Below, piece by piece: positions 19,019 through 26,187 of a stretch of DNA of 64,000 nt. The stretch's first letter is position 1, and the number at the start of each line of letters is the position of its first letter. The position numbers and the translations under genes are program-made. This DNA comes from a virus. Below the pieces are notes generated by a model that did no database searches, was not told the origin of the DNA, and saw only the letters and a program-made list of their open reading frames with translations. Location of the stretch: the IMG/VR virus record IMGVR_UViG_3300021142_000012, positions 1-64,000 of that record; one strand, given 5' to 3'.

Positions 19019-19650
19019 TGCGATTAAGAGAACTATACGAATCTACTCATAAAGCTACTGTTGCTTTTTGCTTCGGCCGTTTTAATCCGCCACATCAGGG
19101 ACATGCTCGGGTATGGGAAGCAGTTAAGCATGCCGGTCAACATTGGTACATAGGAACTAATCCCGGTACTATTGGTCCTAACGATCCATTACCGTTCGAT
19201 GTTAAAACTGCTTGGATGACTGCTATCGATCCTAGTATACAAGGACACATACTAGGTGAAACAAGTATTGTTACATTGGCTGCACGAATTTATCAACAAG
19301 TAGGCGATGGCGCAACTATTGCCTACGTAACCGACGCAACTGACTGGGCATGGGCTGGCAAGTTATTGCATCAATATAACGGAAAGGAAAGTACACATGG
19401 TTACTTTAATTTTTCTAAGATTATCCATGTACCGAGCCCACGTGTAAGCAGTGCCACTGCATTACGCACTGCTGCTCGTGCAGGAGATATGAATGCATTT
19501 TATCAAGCAGCAGGTACAGATCCCAACTTAGAAGTTAATGGTCAACACTACTACGATACTGTTGTTGCCGCAGTTGGACAACAACCTGAAAAAGTTAAAA
19601 AAGTTAAAAAGGAAAAAGAAAATGGAAGAGAAATATCACCTAGCACTTAA
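19018..19650 (+). CDS. HxGH cytidylyltransferase/NMNAT-like nucleotidyltransferase
   Basis: FGRFNPPHQGH and SSATALR motifs. Confidence 0.8.
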   Translation: MRLRELYESTHKATVAFCFGRFNPPHQGHARVWEAVKHAGQHWYIGTNPGTIGPNDPLPFDVKTAWMTAIDPSIQGHILGETSIVTLAARIYQQVGDGATIAYVTDATDWAWAGKLLHQYNGKESTHGYFNFSKIIHVPSPRVSSATALRTAARAGDMNAFYQAAGTDPNLEVNGQHYYDTVVAAVGQQPEKVKKVKKEKENGREISPST

Positions 19651-20059
19651 GACAGCATTTGCTAGCGAATTTAGTTTCTATCTAAAAGCACATAATTTTC
19701 ATTGGAATGTTGAAGGTCCACTATTTGCTCAGTTGCATGAATTGTTTCAAACTATCTACGAAGAAGTATATGGAGCAATAGATCCTTTTGCAGAACACCT
19801 ACGTGCTTTACAAGTATATGCTCCTGCAAGTCTGCAAAAATTCAGTATGTTGACTACTGTACAAGATGAAAATCATGTTCCGGATTGGAGCAGTATGCTA
19901 CAAGAGTTGTTATCAGATAGTGAAAAGATGGCTAACATATTCCGCATTACATTTGAAATGGCTGAACAGCACGGAGATCACGGACTTAGTAACTTTCTCG
20001 CAGATCGCCAGGATCAACATAAGAAGCATAGCTGGATGTTACGTAGTTCATTAAAATGA
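19622..20059 (+). CDS. dps: Dps-family ferritin-like protein
   Basis: KAHNFHWNVEGPLFAQLHELF...DPFAEHLR...KHSWML. Confidence 0.92.
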   Translation: MEEKYHLALKTAFASEFSFYLKAHNFHWNVEGPLFAQLHELFQTIYEEVYGAIDPFAEHLRALQVYAPASLQKFSMLTTVQDENHVPDWSSMLQELLSDSEKMANIFRITFEMAEQHGDHGLSNFLADRQDQHKKHSWMLRSSLK

Positions 20060-20352
20060 AACAGTATCGTATCTCTACTGAAAATCTAAATCAAGATAGT
20101 CCAGAGGACTGTTTACTAGATCCTAACGATCCTGTAAATGAAATTAAAAGTTTACAATATCTAGCTGGACTAGGACATAGTGCCAGATTACATGAGTATA
20201 AAGTAGAGCAGGGTAGTAACATTTCAGTCACTGGAAGTGAAAAGGCACAAATACAAAGAGAGCTAAATATTAAACCGGGTGACTTAGAATGGTTTAAGTT
20301 ATGGTTTAGCCGTCCTTACTGGAATGGCACTCCTCCGGAGTTTAAAGGGTAA
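20056..20352 (+). CDS. Hypothetical protein
   Basis: 98-aa ORF with ATGA overlap. Confidence 0.65.
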   Translation: MKQYRISTENLNQDSPEDCLLDPNDPVNEIKSLQYLAGLGHSARLHEYKVEQGSNISVTGSEKAQIQRELNIKPGDLEWFKLWFSRPYWNGTPPEFKG

Positions 20353-20354
20353 GT

Positions 20355-20750
20355 ATGAAAATTTTAGATATTATTTCTAAAACACCAGAAGTTATCGTCG
20401 AAAGAACTGGTAAACCGCATCCACATCATGATGCTGTGCATCAAGGATTCAGTCGCCAGCGTGATCCAGGTGGGTACTATCCTTCGTATCATCAGTACAG
20501 AACTGGTATGGCTATTAGTATGGCTGATGGCAGTAAGAAAAAATTAGATGTTGATCACGAAAGTTGGATGGGTCCATATTGGACTTTCCATCCTTATACT
20601 GACGTAGAACACGATATGATTCAACAGACAAAACGCAGTGTTCCTACAGAATACGATCAAGTCAAGCCTCGTACTCCTAGTAAAGAACCCAATGAAATAC
20701 ATAGAGTTAGCCCAGTAGCTGCTCAAAAACGAAATAAACACGGAATATAA
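20355..20750 (+). CDS. Probable internal head protein; paralog of 20752-21147
   Basis: Shares QYRxGMA, YTDxE and VSPVAxxKxNKxG motifs with the next gene. Confidence 0.6.
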   Translation: MKILDIISKTPEVIVERTGKPHPHHDAVHQGFSRQRDPGGYYPSYHQYRTGMAISMADGSKKKLDVDHESWMGPYWTFHPYTDVEHDMIQQTKRSVPTEYDQVKPRTPSKEPNEIHRVSPVAAQKRNKHGI

Positions 20751-20751
20751 T

Positions 20752-21147
20752 ATGAGAGCCAGTGAATTTATACGCAAGCAGATAGCAGAAGATGTTCCTT
20801 ATGCTGGCAAAGGTGCTAAAAAATTGCATCCACATCAATTACAAGCACTTAAAAATGCTATGAGTGTACCTAATATTAGCATGAATAAGTCCAATGGTAG
20901 TCCTTATATGCAGTATCGATTCGGTATGGCTATGGCTAATCCTAACATGGAGCCTGCTGGTCCTATGAGCGGCGATCCCTTAATCACAGCCTACACTGAT
21001 GCAGAAATGCAAAAAGTTAAAGATGCTGCTAAAACTGTAGGTGCAGGTGCTATTACTCATATTAGCGATGGTATTAGTAACGAACCTGTAGAAACAAATA
21101 AAGTAAGTCCTGTAGCTAGTCCTAAGAAGAACAAATACGGAGTATAA
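20752..21147 (+). CDS. Probable internal head protein; paralog of 20355-20750
   Basis: MRASEFI N-terminus; shared motifs. Confidence 0.6.
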   Translation: MRASEFIRKQIAEDVPYAGKGAKKLHPHQLQALKNAMSVPNISMNKSNGSPYMQYRFGMAMANPNMEPAGPMSGDPLITAYTDAEMQKVKDAAKTVGAGAITHISDGISNEPVETNKVSPVASPKKNKYGV

Positions 21148-21148
21148 T

Positions 21149-21340
21149 GTGAGAATCCGTGAAATATTAGAATCAGCTACAGCAGGTGCTACAAGCGCAG
21201 GAAACATTGCTAGTGTGGCTAATCCTAAGGTTGCCTATAGTAAAAAGACAGCACAACCTAAGAAAAAAGACGGTACAGCCGTGAACGCTGTAGATATGAA
21301 GGGCGTGAGTTTATTCGGCGGCCCAATGATAAAACGATAA
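21149..21340 (+). CDS. Small probable internal head protein
   Basis: GTG start; MRIREILESATAGATSAGNIA. Confidence 0.6.
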   Translation: MRIREILESATAGATSAGNIASVANPKVAYSKKTAQPKKKDGTAVNAVDMKGVSLFGGPMIKR

Positions 21341-21368
21341 ATACATAAAGATAACGGAGTTTACCAAA

Positions 21369-22577
21369 ATGCAAGATAACATGAATCCAGCAAGCGACCC
21401 AAGTCACGTAGATCGTGAAGGTGCTATGGCCAAATCTGACTTATACAAGTTAGCTAATTATTCGCTTAAATTATTCAAAAAACTACATGACGATGATCAG
21501 TTAGAAGGTTGGGTACAAGCTAAAGTTACTAAGGCTGCTGACTATATTGCATCAGTGTACCATTATCTAGAATATGAAATGAAGTTTAGTGAATATGGTA
21601 AGCATCTTGATGATGTTGAAACACTAAGTGAAAGCCAACGTGCAGAATTAAAATCACGTTTGTTTGAAGCTAAAGAAAAAATGAAAGAGCTAAAAAAGGC
21701 TCAGGCTAAGAAAGCTCAAGGTAAAGAAGAAGTTAAAGAAGGTACAGAAATGTGCCCAACTTGCGGTACTCCACACGCTGTTGCTACACCAATTAGTGCA
21801 AAAGCAAAAGCGGCTGCTGAAAAACATAGAAAGTTACATGCATTTGTTGATAAGAAAATTAAAGATGCAAACGGCAATGGTATTCCAGACGACGAAGAAG
21901 TCGATGAGTGTGAAACTACCGCAATGCCAATGACTGTAGCTGAAACTGCTGAAAAGACCAGCGAACGTAACATTGAAATGAAAAAACAAGGTGGCGGAAC
22001 TGTTAAAGTTAAAGCTACTCAATATAAAGGTCATCAAAGCAAGGCTGCTGATAAAGAAGCTAAAAAAGATCTTGACGAAGCTGGTAAAGATCCTAAAGCT
22101 AAAAAAGATTATGATCATGATGGACATATTGAATCTGCAAAGGACGAAGTATGGGGTTCACGTGCTAAAGCTGCTGCCAAAGCGGGTAAGCCATTTAAAG
22201 AAAGTTTAAAAGGCGGACAAAAGAAATTAGATGTTGACCATGATGGCGATATCGAAGCTGATGACCTAGCAGACTTACGTGCTGGTAAGAAAGCTAAAGA
22301 AAAGAAAGTCGATGAAGCTAAACCAAGTGCCGGTCTAAGCAAGGCTAAAAAATCTTCTATTGTTAAGAAAGCTAAAGCAGGCGGCGACATTGGTAAGCCA
22401 GGTAAGAGTTTTGACAAAGTGGCTAAAGCCGCAGGTGGTGGTGAGAAAGGCGAAAAGATTGCCGCTGCTGCTATGTGGAAAAATGCTAAAGAGTCAGTTG
22501 AACTAACACCAGTTGCTATTAACGAATCATCAGATTTAAATCGTCTAAAAGCATTAACAAAACATTTACTAGGTTAA
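21369..22577 (+). CDS. Lys/Glu-rich probable prohead core/internal protein
   Basis: Many (L/I/V)xE sites; DxDxDG repeats; GATAAATA motif upstream. Confidence 0.55.
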   Translation: MQDNMNPASDPSHVDREGAMAKSDLYKLANYSLKLFKKLHDDDQLEGWVQAKVTKAADYIASVYHYLEYEMKFSEYGKHLDDVETLSESQRAELKSRLFEAKEKMKELKKAQAKKAQGKEEVKEGTEMCPTCGTPHAVATPISAKAKAAAEKHRKLHAFVDKKIKDANGNGIPDDEEVDECETTAMPMTVAETAEKTSERNIEMKKQGGGTVKVKATQYKGHQSKAADKEAKKDLDEAGKDPKAKKDYDHDGHIESAKDEVWGSRAKAAAKAGKPFKESLKGGQKKLDVDHDGDIEADDLADLRAGKKAKEKKVDEAKPSAGLSKAKKSSIVKKAKAGGDIGKPGKSFDKVAKAAGGGEKGEKIAAAAMWKNAKESVELTPVAINESSDLNRLKALTKHLLG

Positions 22578-22581
22578 TATC

Positions 22582-23040
22582 ATGAGAATGATTGATGTTG
22601 ATTCAAGTTTGTTAGACGAAGGTGCTATAGGACAAATAGCTGCTGGGCAAACTGCTCCTCAAGAAGATCCAACAGTAGTTGATCTTAAGCAGCTATTAAC
22701 AACCGAGCAAGAACCTTGGAAGCAAAACTTAACTAAGTGGCGTATTCAATATTACTTAGATAACAAAAATGATCCAGAGAATCCAAGTATTCCATTAACC
22801 GGTCAAGGTCAGCGTAAACCAGTTGTTGATTCAATGACATGGATCAAACAAAATCCAACTCTTATACAACGTGGACTAGTACCAAATGATGCACTACCTC
22901 CAGAAGCACAACAGCCCGGTGTAGTTGATCAAATTAAGAGCGGTGCTAGTGCTATTGGTAATGCAGTTAAAGGTATATTCAAAGAAAGTACTGAATTAGA
23001 TCAACTTAAAGAACTAACAAGTAAAATTTTAAAAGGTTAA
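22582..23040 (+). CDS. Hypothetical (probable internal head) protein
   Basis: C-terminus ESTELDQLKELTSKILKG resembles the C-terminus of the upstream gene. Confidence 0.55.
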   Translation: MRMIDVDSSLLDEGAIGQIAAGQTAPQEDPTVVDLKQLLTTEQEPWKQNLTKWRIQYYLDNKNDPENPSIPLTGQGQRKPVVDSMTWIKQNPTLIQRGLVPNDALPPEAQQPGVVDQIKSGASAIGNAVKGIFKESTELDQLKELTSKILKG

Positions 23041-23044
23041 TACC

Positions 23045-23818
23045 ATGGACATGAAGCGCATATTGCAAGCGTTTGATGGTGTTGCTGAAAAACCTAAAGC
23101 ACAAGCAGGAGATATGGCTAAGTTTTTAGCCATTGTTGACTCAGCTGTTAAAGAACCCCAATCAGAAACTCTTAATGAAGGAAAAAATCCTCATAAGGTA
23201 GCATTGCCTGTACAAATGGCAATGCAACATTATCAACAAGCACCTGTAGAGAAAAAAAGAATTATTGGATCTGGTATACTAAACAAATATGTTACAGATG
23301 TAGAAGATCGTATATCTGAAGAACTACAACAACAGCAACAACGTAAACGTCAACTAGTTAATCAGTATGCACAAACTATTGCAGAACGTGTCTTAATGCG
23401 TGAAGGCAAAGAAACAGCTCTTGATAAATTCCGTAAAGGTGCAGACGAGCGTAAAGCAAAACACGATAAAATCGAAACAGATCGTAAAGCTGCGGCAGCG
23501 CAGGGCAAGACAGATGTTAAGGGTGCGATTGATCGCTTAGAAAAAAATCTTTCAGAAAATGAACATCATAGTCCAGAAGATTTAGGTAGTGCTGATGCAT
23601 ACTACGGTCGTCCTGCAGATCATAGAAAACATAATTTAGATGATCACGAACACATTCGTGCTTACTACCATGGCTATCGCAGCGGCGAAGATGCACATCA
23701 TCCAGATAACTATAATGAAAGCCTACGCACTGACAATCCGTGCTGGAAAGGTTACAAACCAGTAGGTACTAAAAAGAAGGGCGGCAAGACAGTACCTAAC
23801 TGTGTGCCAAAGGAATAA
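23045..23818 (+). CDS. Hypothetical (probable internal head) protein with a CWKGY...VPNCVP tail
   Basis: 257-aa ORF; modules separated by xxE sites. Confidence 0.55.
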   Translation: MDMKRILQAFDGVAEKPKAQAGDMAKFLAIVDSAVKEPQSETLNEGKNPHKVALPVQMAMQHYQQAPVEKKRIIGSGILNKYVTDVEDRISEELQQQQQRKRQLVNQYAQTIAERVLMREGKETALDKFRKGADERKAKHDKIETDRKAAAAQGKTDVKGAIDRLEKNLSENEHHSPEDLGSADAYYGRPADHRKHNLDDHEHIRAYYHGYRSGEDAHHPDNYNESLRTDNPCWKGYKPVGTKKKGGKTVPNCVPKE

Positions 23819-23820
23819 AA

Positions 23821-25755
23821 ATGGATTTAAAATCATTAATAGCTAAAATGGATGCTATCGAGCAGTTAGACGAAAGATGGCAAGACCGTAGTAAACTAAA
23901 TTTAGATGCTGTACAGCAAGCAGTTGGTAATAATCAAGATACACAAAGTCGTTATGCTACTCTAGCTAAACTAGCCAGTGATAATGGGTTACCAGGATTG
24001 TATGATCCTGTAGAAGGCGGGTACGTTGATAATAAAGGTGGATCGCATATGACTGCACCATCAGATGTTGACGTACAACTATCTAGTTTAGGTCTACTAC
24101 CAAACAAGGCATCAACATCAACAATGCTCGGTCGTTTAAATCCGTTTGGCGACTCAAGCTCTTCTCGCGATGCACAGCTACAAGCTGCTAGCCAAGATTA
24201 CAATAAACAGCGTACTGCTGGTCTGGCACATGATGCAACTATTGATAAAGTTCAGAGTCTAATGGATAAGTTAGCAGCCGCTAAGGCAGCACATCCAGTA
24301 GGAGATACACCACCGACAGCAACACCAACTGTACAAGCTGGTAAAACTATTACTATCGGTGATGGTGTTACTATATCTCTACAAGGTGATAAACTTATTG
24401 CTAAACAGAAGGACGGAAAAACTGCCGAAGTACCTTGGGCATCAGCAGAACCTACTCTTAAGGCTCTTCTAGGTGCTGATGGTGTTACACAGTTACAACA
24501 AAAATTAAAAGAGTCTCGTAGTATTTCAGAAGATCTAGTTGAGTCATTTGGTTACACAACAGAATCAGAAGCAACACTAGGACAACAAGCCGCAGTAGGT
24601 GCAGGTACTTACGCAGGTATCAAAGGCATTGGCAAAGCATTAGGCAAAGTAGTTCCTGGTGCTGGTGCAGCATTTGGTGCAGCTGATGCTTATAATCGTT
24701 ATAAGAGTGGTGACTATCTTGGTGCCGGCCTTGCTGGGCTAAGTGGTGCACTAAGTTTAATCCCAGGTGTAGGTTGGATTCCGGCACTGGCAATTGATGC
24801 ATTTAACTTTGGTCGAGATATGACTAGTGGACCTAAAGCTAGCCCCGAAGCTGCCGAGAAACATCCACAACCAGGTGGTTCTATTGCAAAATTGCAGAAA
24901 ATGATTGGTACAGAACCAGATGGTATTTGGGGACCAAAATCTACAGAAGCACTTAAACAGTGGCAAACACAAAAAGGAATTACTGTTGACGGTATTCCTG
25001 GTCCAGAAACATTCAATGCTGCTGGCATACAACTAGCAGAAGGTATGGTTCCACGTACTACAGCTGAATTAATTAAAGAAACACAAGAACGTTTAGAAGA
25101 ATTAGAAAATCCAGATCCATTATTATTCTTATTAGAAGATGGCAGACTAATTGCTGTTCGTTCCGATAATGAGATTATTGAAATCGACGAAGGTACTGCT
25201 GGCACTCTTTTCAATCTTGGTAAAGATGCTTTTAAAGGAATTAAGAATTTGGCTAGAGGAGCACGTGCAGGGTTCAAAGCTCCTAGTTCAGCAAGAGTCG
25301 GTGCATTGAAAGGTGTTGCCGGTGCTGGCGCTAAAGCAGGAAAGTTCGCTAAACTAAACCCAGGTAAAACTGCGGCTGTAGCCGGACTAGGCGGTTTAGG
25401 TGCTGGTTATGAGTTGGGCGGTAGCGATAGTGACGATTCAGAAACTATTGCACATAATGCTAGTGGTAGTGGTTCAGAACAGGCAGCGGCACCCGCACAG
25501 CCTTCCGCAGAAGAAATTGCAGCCGCAAAAGAATTACAGCAAGCTATTACTGATATGAAGGCATTAGATCCACAAAGTCAAGATAAAGAAATCCAATTTA
25601 CTGCTAAACAAGCAGAAGCTGAATTGGCTCCATACTTGCCATTCTTAGATAGTAATCAAGCAGGTAAAGAATCTAATTCAACAAGCTCAATAAATAGTGC
25701 AAATTCTACACTCAAGGACGTTAGTGCTGCCGTAGGCAAAGCTATTAATAAGTAA
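23821..25755 (+). CDS. Large probable internal/ejected protein with a peptidoglycan-binding domain
   Basis: DGIWGPKSTEALKQWQ...ITVDGIPGPET (PG_binding_1-like); Gly/Ala hydrophobic helices. Confidence 0.65.
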   Translation: MDLKSLIAKMDAIEQLDERWQDRSKLNLDAVQQAVGNNQDTQSRYATLAKLASDNGLPGLYDPVEGGYVDNKGGSHMTAPSDVDVQLSSLGLLPNKASTSTMLGRLNPFGDSSSSRDAQLQAASQDYNKQRTAGLAHDATIDKVQSLMDKLAAAKAAHPVGDTPPTATPTVQAGKTITIGDGVTISLQGDKLIAKQKDGKTAEVPWASAEPTLKALLGADGVTQLQQKLKESRSISEDLVESFGYTTESEATLGQQAAVGAGTYAGIKGIGKALGKVVPGAGAAFGAADAYNRYKSGDYLGAGLAGLSGALSLIPGVGWIPALAIDAFNFGRDMTSGPKASPEAAEKHPQPGGSIAKLQKMIGTEPDGIWGPKSTEALKQWQTQKGITVDGIPGPETFNAAGIQLAEGMVPRTTAELIKETQERLEELENPDPLLFLLEDGRLIAVRSDNEIIEIDEGTAGTLFNLGKDAFKGIKNLARGARAGFKAPSSARVGALKGVAGAGAKAGKFAKLNPGKTAAVAGLGGLGAGYELGGSDSDDSETIAHNASGSGSEQAAAPAQPSAEEIAAAKELQQAITDMKALDPQSQDKEIQFTAKQAEAELAPYLPFLDSNQAGKESNSTSSINSANSTLKDVSAAVGKAINK

Positions 25756-25759
25756 TACA

Positions 25760-25786
25760 AAATGGCAGATTTATTTCTGCCATTTC
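25760..25786 (+). terminator. Hairpin at the end of the internal-protein block
   Basis: AAATGGCAGA-tttatt-TCTGCCATTT. Confidence 0.65.
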
Positions 25787-25798
25787 CACCTCTAAAAT

Positions 25799-25827
25799 TT
25801 GACAATACAAGATAATTAAAGTACAAT
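25799..25827 (+). promoter_or_regulatory. Sigma70 promoter for the dsbA-like gene and polymerase
   Basis: TTGACA-17 nt-TACAAT. Confidence 0.75.
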
Positions 25828-25849
25828 AGGCAAATAGAAGGAGAATTTA

Positions 25850-26104
25850 ATGTCACGATCATACGGTCCAGAAGAAAAGGCAAAGTTAGAAAGATTAATC
25901 ACTGAAGGTTCAACAGTGCTACGTGAAGTAGAAGATCTATCAGAAGGCTTAAAAGAAACAGTTAAGGCAGTTGCAGAAGAGTTACAAATCAAACCATCAG
26001 TAATTAACAAAGCTATTAAGATTGCACATAAAGGCGATTGGGCTAGTCATAATGAAGATTGGGAAGAGATTCAAGCTATACTTGACATTACTAAACGTAT
26101 CTAG
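25850..26104 (+). CDS. T4 DsbA/GapR-like dsDNA-binding protein
   Basis: 84-aa helical protein; LKETVKAVAEELQIKPSVINKAIKIAHK. Confidence 0.6.
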   Translation: MSRSYGPEEKAKLERLITEGSTVLREVEDLSEGLKETVKAVAEELQIKPSVINKAIKIAHKGDWASHNEDWEEIQAILDITKRI

Positions 26105-26121
26105 TATAGTTTTAAAAAGAA

Positions 26122-26177
26122 AGGTCAGCTGGCCACAAACAGCATACAGGTATATGCAAGCCCTAAATTGCATGGAG
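26122..26177 (+). promoter_or_regulatory. Tandem hairpins in the polymerase leader (putative translational operator)
   Basis: GCTG-gccacaaa-CAGC and ATGCAA-gccctaaa-TTGCAT directly before the GGAG RBS. Confidence 0.55.
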
Positions 26178-26187
26178 AAGAAGATAT

